Positions 13,093 to 26,057 of a stretch of DNA of 64,000 nucleotides are shown here, piece after piece. A model generated the notes under the pieces. The model was not told the origin of the DNA. It made no database searches and was given only the letters and a program-made list of their open reading frames with translations. Made by a program: the position numbers and the translations under genes. Source of the stretch: Camelus ferus (lineage: Eukaryota). How positions within the stretch are numbered: position 1 is the stretch's first letter; each line of letters begins with the position of its first letter. The stretch is taken from assembly GCF_009834535.1 (NCBI RefSeq), contig NC_045707.1:51772001-51836000 (forward strand), written 5' to 3'.

Positions 13093-14391
13093 GCATTTAA
13101 ATTGTTTATTAGTTATAGTTTGGCTAAAACTCAGTTGTGAAAGATCCTAGATCTGGTCTCTTTTTTAAAGGTATTACTTTATTTACTTTTATGGTAATTC
13201 TGTGGTAATTTCTACTTGGTAGAAAAAAACAGGTTTGGTAATTTGTGTTTTGCCAGAAAAATTACGTGTTTCTCTAGGTTATACATGGCATGCACCTCTG
13301 AACTAATTATCAATCTACCAGTTTAACAGATATTTTCATGAATGAATAATTCAAGGTTTATACATTTTGGATACTTATAATTTTCATACTTTCACAAGAT
13401 CTCCAAATATGTCAGTAAAATGCACTTTGAAAATTTTTATATACAATGCTGACAAATTAGCCCATCGTTACTATAGTTTAATATTACAAATATTTTCATT
13501 GATGACCATGCCCTAAAGTCTAAAATGAGAAACCACTTTGTCTCTTGATAAAGGCCTATACATTCTTTTTCAAGTTCATTCCCTTTCTTTGTCAAAGACA
13601 ATTTTATGTCAGAATAAGAAAAAAGAGGAAAAGACAGAAAATCTACTTCCACTTGAGTTGTCTCTGTGTGTTTGCATGTGTATGTCAATATAGTTAGAAA
13701 ACTGTCATCTATAGGTTATTATTGTTCATAATAGGTTAAACATTTAATCATATTTTTTCTCTCATCATCCTAAGCTGTTTGTGTAATTGAACTATAGGTA
13801 TGTGGTTTTCATTAGTTTTGTCTCTCAAAACATTAGCACAGAAACTCCATAATAAAATGGAGTCTAAAGTTTCTGAAATAGCATATCTGCCTTAATTATG
13901 GAAACATCTTTGAAAAACATTGACTATTGAAACAGAAAGTTAACCTTAATGAAAACCTTCGAAAAATGTTGACAGAGAAATATTTCACAAATATCAGTGT
14001 AGTTTTCATATCTATTTGAAAAATGGAAAATTCTATTTTCATATATCATTTAATATTATTAGAAATTATTGATTCATTGATTTTAGGATAAAAAAGTGGG
14101 CCATTTAGTTTAATGTGTAATTTATGTGAGGTTTTGTAACAAAGCCCACAGATGCATTTGATCTTATAGCTTTCTGAAAAGTGTATTTTCATTTTGATGC
14201 CATGGTTTTATATATAGGAATTATTTATTCCCTTACCTTCTAAGGAGTATAAAAAAAGGATCAGTGTTTTAGTATTTGATGCCCCTTGAAAAATACAAAG
14301 CTATCTCTTCTGAAGAAGTATATTTTATTTAAGTTCATTTAGTTTCATCAAAGTAGTGCTATATATCCACGCTGTTTTAAAGTCTGAGAGT

Positions 14392-17190
14392 GGAGAGTGA
14401 CCGAGATGGTGGAGTAGCCTGAGGTTACCTCCTCTCATGAGCACACCAGAATCACAACTATCTGCAGAACAACTATCGATGAAAAAGACTGGAACCCATC
14501 AGAAAAGACTTGCAACTAAAGACATGAAGAAGAAACCACAATGAGATTGGTAGGAGGAGGCATCCTTGCAATATAATCAATTCCCATACCCCCTCTCCCA
14601 GCCCAGGTTGACAATCCACAATCAGGAGAATAACTATATTGCAGAGGTTCTCCCACAGGAGTGGGAGTTCTGAGCCCCATGTCAGGCTCCCCAGCCTAGG
14701 GGTCCAGCACCAGAGAGACGAGACCCCAGATTATCTGGCTTTGAAGGTCGGAGGGCTTAACTGTAGGAGCTACACAGGAATGGGGGAGATAGAGACTTCA
14801 CTCTTAAAGGCTGTACACAAAGTTTTAGACACACTGGGACCCAGGGCAAAAGCAGTAATTAGATAGGAGCCTGGACCAGATCCATCTGCTGGTCTTAGAC
14901 GGTCTTCTGGGGAGGCAGAGGTGACTGTGGCTCACCCTGGGGACATACACACTACTAGCAGACATATTGGGGGCATTCAGTTGCATGAACACTCCTGGTG
15001 GCTGACATCTTGACTCATTAGTGGCAGTACCTGGCCCTACCCGACAGCTTGTTGGAACCAGTGGTGGGGAACCTCAGGCCAAACAACTAACTGGGTGAGG
15101 ACACAGACCTACCCATCAGCAGACTTCTAAAAGACTTCTTGAGCCTATTGCTATCTCTAGACACTCCCCTAGACATGGCCTCGCCTACCAGAGGGACAAG
15201 ACCCAACTCCACCAAACATTGGCCAGGCACCAGCCCCTTTCACCAGCAAGCCTGCACAGACCTCTAGACCAGCCTCACCCACCAGGGGGCAAACACCAGA
15301 TGCAAGAAACCTATGATCCCACAGCCTGTGGAATGAGTCAGCAAATGCAGGCCAGACTCCACCCTGGAACCAGCTGGGTGCTAGCCTTGCTCACTAGCAG
15401 GCCAACACAAGCTTCGTGACAACCCGGACTCCATACTCAACTGGGTCAGGAACCAACACCCCTCCCCCCAAATTTTTTTGAAACAATCTCTGGGATCACT
15501 GGGCCCTGCAGCCAGACTTTAGGAACGAGCTCTGCCTACCAGTAGTCCAGCACTAATGCCAATATCTGGCTTCAATTGCCAGTGTTTCTGTGACAACAGC
15601 CACAGAATCTTTGGTATCCTGACTCCATCCACCCGGGAGTCAACACTACCCCTGGAGCCCCCTTAGGATTCTGTAACCAGCCACCTGGTGACCAGACCCC
15701 ACTAAACAGCAGCTAGCAGCATGCACACAAGGCAGAGCCTAGCAGCCAACCAGAATAGGGCCACCACGTCTACAAGACTGCCCACATAGGCAGCCCACCA
15801 CAACAGAAGGCCCTCTTAGGGAGAATCCATAAAGCATATAGCTTGGATGACAAGAAGGGAGTGCACTGCTGGGATGCATAGAATGTTTCCTACAGAGGGC
15901 CACTTCTCCATTGTCAAGAAACATAACTAACCTACCACATACATAAAAATGTAAATAGCACTTTAGACAAAATGAGGCAGCAAATAAATATGTTACACAT
16001 GAAGCAATAAGATAAAACCCCAGAAGAAAAACTAAGTGATGTGGAGATAGGCAGTCTACCAGAGGAAGTGTTCAGAGTAATGATCATAAAGATGAGGAAA
16101 GAACTCGGGAGGAGAATGGATGCACAGAACAAGTTTGTTTTTAACAGAGTTAGAAAATATGTAAAGTGACCAAACAGAGATGAAGAATACAATACCTGAA
16201 ATCAAAAATATACTAGAAGCAATCAATAGTAGATTAAATGATAAGAAGAACAGATCAGTGACCTGGAAGACAGAGTAGTAGAAATCATTACCACTGAACA
16301 GGAAAAAAAAAAAAAAAAAAGGAAACAGAGTGAAAGGAAATGAGGACAGTTTAAGAGCCTTCTGGAACAAAACCAAGTGCACTAATATATGCATTATAGG
16401 GGTCTCAGAAGAAGAGAGAAAGGGCCAGAGAAAGTATTGGAAGAGATAATAGCTGAAAACTTCCCTAACCTGGGAAAGGAATTAGTCACCCCAGTCCAGG
16501 AAGCCCAAGGAGTCCTATACAGAATTAACCCAAAGAGGAACACACCAAGGCAAATTATGATCAAAATGACAAAAATTAAAGATAGAGATAATGAAAAGCA
16601 GCAGGGAAAAGCAACAAATAATATACAAGGGAACTCCCATAATGCTATCAGCTTATTTTTGAGCAGAAGCCCTGTGGGCCAGAAGGAACTGGCACAATAT
16701 ATTTAAAATGATAAAAAGGGAGAAACTTGCAACCAAGAATAATCTACCCAGCAAGGCTCTAATTCAGATTTGATGGAGAAATCAAAGCTTTACAGACAAG
16801 CAAAAGCAAAAAGAATTCAGAACCACCAAACCAGCTTTGTAACAAATGCTAAAGGAACTTCTCTCAGTAGAAAAGAAATGGCCACAACTAGAAATGAGAA
16901 AATTATGAAATGAGAAATCTCACCAGTAAAGGCAAACATACAATAAAGGTAGGAAACCATCTACACAAAACTAGTAGGGATGTTAAAACACAAAAGTAGT
17001 AACATCATTTATATCCACAATAAGCAGTTAAGGGATACACAAAACAATTAGATCTAAAATATGATGTAAAAAAAACAGTAATCATGAGGGAAAGAGAATA
17101 CAAATGTAGGGTTTTTTTAAATGCATTTGAAATTAAGAGATCAGCCAACTTGAAACAATCATGTGTGGATATAGATATAGATACAGACTG

Positions 17191-17222
<32 letters not shown>

Positions 17223-19379
17223 CACTGCTATACAAAAACCTCATGGTAACCGCAAACCAAAAATCTATAATAGATAAACACACAAAAAGTAAAAGGAATC
17301 CAAATATAGTACTAAGATAGTCATCAGATCAGAAGAAAGGAGAAAAAAGACGTACAAAACCAAATTCAAAACAATTAACAAAATGGCAATAAGAACATAC
17401 ATAGTATTGATCATTACCACAAATGTAAACAGACTAAATGCTCCAAGCAAAAGATGCAGACTGGCTGAATTGATACAAAAACAAGACCTGTATGTATTCT
17501 GCCTACAAGAGACTTCAGATCTAGAGACACATACAGACTGAAAGTGAGGGAATGGAAAAAGATACTCCATGCAAGTGGAAATCAAAAGAAAGCTGGAGAA
17601 GCAATACTTATCTCTGACAAAAACAGACTTTAAAACAAAGACTGTTACAAGAGACAAAGAAGGATATTACATAATAATCAAGGGATCAACCCAAGAAGAA
17701 GATATAATAATTTTAAATATATATATATATGCACCCAACATAGGAGTAATCTACAGAGTCTATGCAGTCCCTATCAAATACTTATGGAATTTTTTACAAA
17801 ACTAGAACAAATTAAAAATTTGTATAGAAACACACAAAGACCCTAAATAGCCAAAACAATCTTGAGAAAGAAGAATGGAGTTGGAGGAGTCACACTCCCT
17901 GACTTCAGACTGTACTACAAAGCCACAGAAACCAAAACAGTATGATACTGGCACAAAAACAGGGACATAGATCACTTGAACAGAATAAAAAGCCCAGAAA
18001 TAAACCCATGCACTTATGGTCAATCTATGACAAAGGAGGCAAGAATATACAATGGAGAAAAGGCAGTCTCTTCAATTAGTGGTGCTGGGAATGTTGGACA
18101 TCTACTTGTAAAAGAATGAAGTTAGAACATTGTCTACACCACATACAAAAATAAGCCCCAAAAGGATTAAAGACCTAAATGTAAGAGTGGATACTCTAAA
18201 ACTCTTAGAGGAAAATATAGGCACAATACTCTTTGACATAATTTGCAGCAATATTTTTTTGGATATGTCTCCTAGAGTAAATGAAGCAATGGCAAAAGTA
18301 AATGGGGCCTAATTAAACTTAAAAACTTCTGTACAACAAAGGAAACCATAAACAGAACAACAGCCTATGGAATGGGAGAAAATATTTACAAATGATGCAA
18401 CTGACAAGGGATTAACTTCTAAACTATACAAACAGCTCATATAGCTAAATGTGAGAAAAACAAACAACCCAATCAAAAATGGGCAGATGATCTAAATAGA
18501 CATTTCTCCAAAGAAGACATCCAGATGGCCAACAGGCACATGAACAGATACTCAATATTGCTAATTATCAGGGAAATGCAAATCAAAACTACAAAGAGGT
18601 AAAACCTCACACTGGTCAGAATGGCCATCATCAGAAAGTCTACAAATAATAAATACTGGAGAGAGTGTGGAGAAAAGGGAACCCTCCTACACTGTTAGTA
18701 GGAATGTAAATTGGTGCAGCCACTATGGAGAACAGAATGGAGGTTCCTTAATAAACTAAAAATAGAGTTACTATATGACACAGCAATCCCACTCCTAAGC
18801 ACATATTTGGAAAAGATAAAAACTCTAATATGAAAAGATACATGCACACCAATGTTCATAGCAGCACCATTTACAACAGCCAAGACATGGAAGCAACCTA
18901 AATGTCCCTTGACAGATAAATGTATAAAGAAGGTGTGATATATAGATATAGATACAGGTATAGATATAAATATAGATATATACAATGGAATACTTCTCAG
19001 TCATAAAAAAGAATGAAATAATGCCATTTGCAGCAACGGGAATGGCCCCAGAGATGATCACATTAAGTGAAGTAAGTCTGACAGAGAAAGACAGATATCA
19101 TGTGATATCACTTATATGATATCATAAATCTAATGTGATATTATAAATCTAATAAAAAATGATAGAAATGAACTTATTATGGAATTGAATATACTCACAG
19201 ACATAGAAAACAAACATGATTACTAAAGGCAAAAGGGTGGGGAAAGATTAATTAGGAGTTTGAGGTGAACATATACACACAATTATATATATAATATAGA
19301 ACAAGAACCTACTGTATAGCACAGGGCTATATTCAATATTTTATGATAACCTATAATAGAATAGAATCTGAAAAAGAAT
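14392..19379 (+). mobile_element. LINE-1 with 5'UTR, ORF1 (~15972-16867), internally deleted ORF2 (from 17383) and 3'UTR lacking its final segment and polyA
   Basis: ORF1 peptide EEIIAENFPNLGKE...RINPKRNTPRQIMIKM. ORF2 start ATGGCAATAAGAACATAC. EN peptide TDFKTKTVTRDKEGYYIIIKGS...YAPNIG joined directly to IYRVYAVPIK. C-terminal cysteine-rich region near 18550-18730. Decayed by stops and frameshifts. Confidence 0.95.
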
Positions 19380-19384
19380 TCCTG

Positions 19385-19810
19385 GTTTTACTTCTCAGAA
19401 ACAATCATTTTTAGTGCTTATACTTATTTATATAGTATCTGCCTCTATATTTCTGTAATTTAACATCTATTTTTTGATTTATTCATTTTAGGTAACTATT
19501 GACTTCTTCTTCTTAATTCTGCTAACCAATAATAATCAGTATTATTTTTATGGCGTATAATTCTACTTCTTCATATAAGCCCATACTATATTTACACGAG
19601 ATTGTTGTGTTACTGGATTTTAGTATGTGTTTTGAAATTTTTCCTATGTCAGTTGAATCTGGTAAAATTACTTTAATTGCTGCATAGTATTCCACCACAC
19701 AGATGCATCACAGTTTATTTTAAAAATATTCTAGTGTTGGAAATGTATATTTCATTTTAATCAGTTTTTTTTTCAGTTACAGCAAAACTTACCTGTACAT
19801 CATTGTTCTG
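19385..19810 (-). mobile_element. Very old L1 (L1ME-like) fragments
   Basis: TTTAATTGCTGCATAGTATTCCAC...CACAGTTTATTT antisense L1 3' motif. Confidence 0.5.
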
Positions 19811-20288
19811 AAAAGTTAATTATTCCAATCATAGCTTAGAAACTAAGCTTACTCAAAAGAGGACCCCTGCTTACACACACAAGTTATAGAATCTCTGGAT
19901 ACTCATCTTCTTTTTAAAAGATAAAGCCTAGCAGAAACTCACTCAGAGCTAAACTACTCATATGAATTAGAAGGGTTCTGGGGATGCTGTGTTCAGAGGA
20001 TGCCTCCTAGAGGTAGTAAGACAATAGCCAAAATTAACACCTATGAGCCTGACATCAAGAACGAAAGAAAAGTAAGTTAACAGATAGGACATCAGAACTC
20101 AAAAACAGAGTGGGCAGAAAATTTTAAGTTAAAAGCAAGTATTTCCAGAGTCCTGAGTAGCCCATCACTATACTGCAGCATGCAATATAAAATCTTTTTT
20201 TCCCTGAGGACCATTAAGCCATAAGTAAATGTAGAACTGATTTTGATAGCACTGTTCAATAGAGGCAACTACATAATAAAATGGAGAG

Positions 20289-21080
20289 TGATAAGGGATT
20301 CTGAGGGAGCACTCCTAAATCCTCTGTAATTTCCTAGGAGACAGGAGGTTGTTTGTTTGTTTGTTTGTTTGTTTTGTGTTAATTTTAATGAGGTGACTCT
20401 GTAGGCTCCTGGATGGGGGCTAGTCACTAGAAAAACCAAGCCATGATTAGAAGCTTGAAAATTTCAGCCCCACCTCCCATTGTCTGGAGAGAAAAGAGGG
20501 GCTGGAAATTGAGTTAATAATATCTATGTGATAAAGCCTCCATAAAAATCCCAAAAGTACAGAGTTTAGAGATCTTCTGGGTTGGTGAACATATCCGTGG
20601 GACTGGAGGGGCCACACTCCAAACTCCTCAAAGACAAAAGCTTCTGGACTCAGGACTCTTCCAGACCTCATACTGTGTATCTCTTTATCTGGCCATTCAT
20701 TTATATCCTTTAAAATATCCTTTTTAATAAACCAGAAATAATAAGTAAGCTGTTTTCTTGGGTTCTGTGAGCTACTCTAGCAAATTATTCAACTCAAGGA
20801 GAGAGTCTTGGGAACCTCCAATTTATGGCTAATCTGAGCTGAATTTGTGGGTAACCTGGGGACACACTACTTGCCATTGGCATCTGAAGGAGAGACCAAT
20901 CTTGTGGGATGACAACATTAACCTGCAGGTTTTATGCTACCTTTGATTAATGTCAGAATTGAACTGTGGGACACCTAGCTGATGTCAGAGAATTGATTGC
21001 TGTGGGAAAATCTCCCACACATCTGGTTCTAGAGGTATTCTGTGTGACTAGTAGAGGAAGAACATGTTATTTCCTTTACA
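20289..21080 (+). mobile_element. MER21-like LTR
   Basis: AAGCCATGATTAGAAGCTTG, AGAGGGGCTGGAAATTGAGTTAATAA, TTCTGGGTTGGTGAACA, TTCTGTGAGCTACTCTAGCAAATTA; AATAAA at ~20726; contains (GTTT)n at ~20348-20376. Confidence 0.8.
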
Positions 21081-21280
21081 GTATAAAACAGAAAAAAGCA
21101 GAGACTTTGAAAAAGCCAGGTCTGGATCTGAATCAAGGATCTGCTGTTAATGTTGTGCACATAAATGAATGTCCTTAAATTTCAATCTTTTCAAAATTAG
21201 AATCAGTATATTGAGAAATATAGCTGTTGTACAAAAAGTACAATATGGAATATAATAAACATTTAGGAAACAGATCCTGT
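21081..21280 (+). mobile_element. MIR remnant
   Basis: GAAAAAAGCAGAGACTTTGAAAAAGCCAGGTCTGGATCTGAATC resembles the MIR 5' tRNA-like part. Confidence 0.4.
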
Positions 21281-22103
21281 CATAATTGTTCACTGATACT
21301 GAATTCTTCACACTCTGATGACAATGGAATAAACATAAAGTTATAATGGAAAAAAGAACTGTTAAAACTTTCTGTTCACCTCAGAGTTCCTAAGAGTTGT
21401 AGACTGTATCTTCGTAAGTCATTCTTAGCAATTTGTACTTTAAAAATACTTTAAAAGTTACTTCTACATGTAGCTCTACTATCTCTTCCTCCAAGGCTGA
21501 AGTAAATAACTACATTCAGTTATGTTTGAACAATGGAGGAACTCTCCCAAGGTCCCATTTCTGCTTAGCATGTTGTCCTCCACATCAGACAAGCGTCTAC
21601 TTGGTCCTGCAATGTAGGGATGAAATCACAGACCGATTTACAGTGTTTTCAGGTGGGAGAGTTCTCTTCAGTGAGTGTTCACATGAGTATTCTGCCCCAA
21701 AAGCAGGAGTATAAATGCAGCTGGCTTGTCCACAAGGATATGGGAGCACAGAGCTTGTGGTTTAATCATATCAAGAATAAAATTTGAGCCATTCTCTAAT
21801 TTATTCTAAAGACACATCACTTTAGTGGGGTTTCAATGAACTCTGTGCCAAAGATACGGTATTAAAAGCAAAAATGTGCTGTTCTTTTCTTTCCTCTGCA
21901 AAATCAAAGGCATTGATCAGGTCCATGATTAAATGCTACATAAAGAATGTCTCCAATAAGCATAAGTCCTCATTGTATTTCCTTTTGATTGCAAAGCATC
22001 TATGTGACAAACCAGTATTTTTGGCAAAGTATCAACACACAATAACTGTAAGCATGGTCAGGGAGTCTCTGCAGGTGAACTGATAAATTGATAAATAAGA
22101 GGA

Positions 22104-22136
22104 GTATGTGTGTGTGTGTGTGTGTGCGCGCGCGCA
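22104..22136. repeat. (TG)n(CG)n alternating purine-pyrimidine microsatellite
   Basis: GTATGTGTGTGTGTGTGTGTGTGCGCGCGCGCA read directly. Confidence 0.95.
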
Positions 22137-22234
22137 ACAGCTGTTTTCATCCAGTAATTATGCATGGCCTGGTGCCTATTTTGTCTGTGTCACATGAGTA
22201 ACCTGTGTACTTGATGGGGAATTTAAGGAACACT

Positions 22235-23040
22235 GACTCCTTCATTCTTTAATTTATTCAACTATTAGAGCCCTGGTCTTACACTGAGACATGCAGATGT
22301 AAGGTGAACAGATGTACATACAGGCCCATCTTTCTGAAACTGAAGTTTATGAGGGAGATGCACACCAACAAAGGATGACACACGCAATGTCATTCTCCTA
22401 CTGCAGTAAGTGCTTCTGAAAAAATAGAAATCTAATATAACTATTCATGTTGGCACATCAAGTTTTTATTTTTGTTTACTCGCTCAATTGCTTTGCTAAA
22501 ATAGCCCCCAGCATTTCCTATGCATTCTTTTACCCAGAATAGTTTATTCTTTAAATCAGATTCTGTTTTCCAGAAAAAAAGTCACGGGTTCATAATCTCA
22601 AAAGAATGGACAGACCCTAGGGAGTTTTCCGAGATGCCAGATGGACTTAGCAAGATAAGAAGAATACAGCACCACAGACGGCCCCAATTGTTACCAGTCT
22701 TCTGCTCCATCCAGCTTTTCTATAAAACGTCAAGACCCCGACCACAGGATGGATTCATGGTCTCTGAGGTGTTAGCCTGCTGGGACTCCCCTTTGCTTGG
22801 CAGAGCAATAAAGCTGCTCTTTTATGATGCTCTCAAAACTCTGTCTCTGAGTCTGAATTTGTCTTTCGGGGCACAGAAGCCAGCTTTTCAATGACACTTT
22901 TAGAGAGAAGAACATGGGCTTGTAGGAGAGTAATATTAAAGGGGTTATACAGTCACGGAGAGTAGGAAAGGACTTCCTAGGAAAGTAACATTTGAGCTGA
23001 AGGAAAATAGCAGTTAACCAAATAGCAGGACTCATGTGTC
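22235..23040 (-). mobile_element. L2 fragment split by an LTR
   Basis: TTCATTCTTTAATTTATTCAAC... on the left; AGGAAAGGACTTCCTAGGAAAGTAACATTTGAGCTGA on the right of the LTR. Confidence 0.65.
22417..22896 (+). mobile_element. ERV1-type solo LTR
   Basis: TG...CA termini, TSD CTTC/CTTT (one mismatch), TATAAAA 22721, AATAAA 22807. Confidence 0.8.
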
Positions 23041-24579
23041 TGTATTTGGGCCACTTCCCTTTTACTGCTTCCCGGGAAGACTGCCCTTTTAGGGATGGCC
23101 ATCCAGGAAAAGGGGGTTGGTTCTTTTATATGAGAAAAATCTTCCCTAAATTTTCCCTTCTTGTCTTTTTTGTACCTTATTTCCCCTCATTCCAGCATTT
23201 GGATAGATGATTCACTTAAAAGAATATGGAAATAAACTTGTGAAGCTCCTAGGAAACTCCTATAATTTAAATCCACAGGTAATAATATTAAATTTGAAAT
23301 GCTTTCCTCAGAAGCTTTCGTTTCACTCTGTGCCTCTGAACTCCTGGCCAGCTAGGAATAGAGAACAAAGCACATAAAGGCTCCATCTTCATAAAGAGTA
23401 AATGAGAGCAGTTTCCTCTGACAGAAGATTATAATTAAATGAAACTTCAGGGAAAAAAAAAAAAAAGCTTTCCTTACAATTTTTTTCAAACTGGCTTTTG
23501 GTTAAATTTGTAAATCCAAAAATTTAAGAAGATAATTTAAATAAATTTTATGAGTTTCTCTAGCTACTTACATGCTTCCCTAAGTGTTAGATTCATGTAG
23601 TCTAAAAATCATGCAGATTTATAATGAGACCAAATAACATCTAAGAACACATACCATTTTCTTTGCAGCCCTCGTGACTTCAGACTTGCCGCTTGGGAGA
23701 GGATTAGGAATAATCTGTTCTTACAGTATCTTTTCATTAAACAATGTTCATGTTTTTATGCATCTCAGTCATGCTGTGATTACTTTGAATTAACAGGTTC
23801 AAAATTATGATGCTATTTTTTAGCTTTTTATGAACCTGTGTTTACATTCTTTTCAAATACAAACATAAATTTTGAAAGATCTCATAAGGTTATCTGCTTC
23901 ATTCTTTTAAATCCTAGAACCCCATTTAAAATTTACAATGTGGTCCTTTGTTTACTATGTTTAAATTTAAGGTGTAACATCCTATTTTAATCTATGTAAC
24001 CCATGTTGTCCTAACTCTTACCAGACCATCCGTACTAATGGGTTTATAGGGAACCATATTTGACTAGAATTTTGTGTATGTCATTTAAACAGCATTCTTC
24101 ACATACACGGTACTTTGCTGAAGGCATCTCTCATTACTGTTGCACGCTGGTATTTGCCGGTGTGACAGATGAGGCCGCAGACTGATTAAGTGAGCAGACT
24201 CATCCCTTCTTTGTGCTGCTTTGTATTATAGCTCATCCAAACTGCATTGCTAATTTCCTCAAATGTATACAGGGTTTTCAATAAAACAGCTCTCTCACGT
24301 CTAAGTCTCCCTAGACTCTACAGAGATTATTTGTCAAACATGGGACATGACATTACTTAAGACATATCTGAATGAAAGGCCCAGGCATATATTCAAATTA
24401 CCTTTTTTATTTTATTTTTTCGGGGTCCACCTTACTTCACTGATTCCTGCTTTCCTTAGGAAGAATCTTTCAAAGAGCCCCTTTGATCTTGCAGATAAAT
24501 AAGCTTTGGATGAGGTCACCTGTCACTTCACTAGACACACCCAGACATGTTTGAATTCTAGTTTGGGCTCAACCTGAGA

Positions 24580-24750
24580 CTTTCACTAAATGCCTACTAT
24601 GTCTTGGATATCACATCCAAGCCTGAGAATTCAAAAATAGGAAATGTAGTTCCTACCCTAAAGTAGCTAAAAATCTACCTGGAGATACAGTCACACAAAT
24701 AATTTTATTACAGTGTGAAAGTCACAATAGAGATACTGTGTACTATGGGG
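24580..24750 (-). mobile_element. L2 remnant
   Basis: ACTAAATGCCTACTATGT...GTTCCTACCCTAAAGTAGCT...CACAAATAATT. Confidence 0.5.
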
Positions 24751-24862
24751 GTATGTGTAAGCTGATCAGTAGCTTTCCTATAATTATCTTATTTTCAAGC
24801 TTAATTTTTTTGGTAGGGCTTTGTCTTATATGTGATTTGCTTCCTCTAGAAGTCCCACAAAA

Positions 24863-25087
24863 TTTTTTTTTTAATTGAAGTATAGTTAGCTATAATGTGT
24901 CAACTTCTGGTGTACAGCATAATGTTTCAGTCATACATATGCATACATATATTTGTTTTCATATTTTTTCCTTATAGGTTACAAGATATTGAATATAGTT
25001 CCTTGTGCTATACAGAAGAAACTTATTATTTATCTTTAATATATAGTAGTTAATGTTTGCAAATCTCCAACTCCCAATTTATTCCTT
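24863..25087 (-). mobile_element. Lineage-specific L1 3'UTR fragment
   Basis: T-run + AATTGAAGTATAGTTAG...TCTGGTGTACAGCA...AATATAGTTCCTTGTGCTATACAG; antisense of the 3' ends seen at ~46800-47000, 52521 and 56746. Confidence 0.9.
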
Positions 25088-25169
25088 TATTATAAGACCA
25101 ATTTGGAAAGATAGAAGTAACTGATTTATGCAATAACAAATATATGTGTGTGTATGAATAAATTTAGTA

Positions 25170-26057
25170 TGTACTGTGTTGAATAGTGTCCTCTCAAAAT
25201 CCATGTCCACCTAGAACTTCAGAATGTGACCTTATTTGGAAATAAGGGCTTTGCAGTGTCAGAGAGAACCAGAGCTGTACACTAGTTTAAGTAGTAAAGA
25301 CAGTTTTATTCAGTAACTATTACACTAGGGGGAAAGGGACTATAGGAAAGACCAGAGCTCAATTCTGTTATACAGCTAAAGAGTGTAAGTGGGGATATGT
25401 AGCCAAGTAGCAGGGTGAAGGAATGGGGGAACAGAAAATTACTAAGAGGAGACATCAAAGGTAAGGGGACTACTGATAAACCTACTTGGTAGGCTTCTTG
25501 CTGAAAGTTTATTCTTGCTGATAGGGTTCTTGATCATATTCCAAGGGTAGGGGGATGACTTAGCAGGATCCTTTGCTAGGACTGGGCTGGGCAGGTCAAG
25601 GACAGGATTCAGGCCAAGGCTGAGGCCTAATCTAGAAAAGGTCTCAGAAGAACCTGACCAAGTTTTGATTAAGGAAAGAGTTTTTGTTACCAGATGCAAT
25701 TTATTAAGTTAATGTGCGGTCACACTGGATTAGGGTGGGCCTTAAATCCTCTATGACCAGAGGCTTTAAAAGAAGAGGACAGAGATACTGCCAGCTAGGG
25801 AAAAGCACGATGTGAGTATGGAGACAGAGACTGGAGTGACTCATCTACGAGCCGAGGAACTCGCAAGGACTGCTGCTAATCACCAGAAGCTAGGAGAAGG
25901 GCAAGGAAAGGTTCTTGGAGCTCTCAGAGGAAGCATGACCCTGCTGAAATCTTGATTTTGGACTTCTAGCCTCCAGAATTGTAAGAGACTACATTATGTT
26001 GTTTTAAGGTACCCAATTCGTGGTACTTTGCTATGGCAGCCCTAGGAAACTAACACA
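25170..26057 (+). mobile_element. MaLR solo LTR (MLT1B/C-like), interrupted by an ERV LTR
   Basis: CAGAATGTGACCTTATTTGGAAATAAGGGCTTTGCAG|ATGCAAT... ending GGCAGCCCTAGGAAACTAACACA; 5-bp flanks TAGTA/TATTA. Confidence 0.9.
25257..25689 (-). mobile_element. ERV1-type solo LTR nested in MLT1
   Basis: Splits the MLT1 text at GCAG with TSD GCAG/CCAG; minus-strand AATAAA at ~25305-25310; one terminus TGTCA, the other decayed (TGTTA). Confidence 0.8.
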
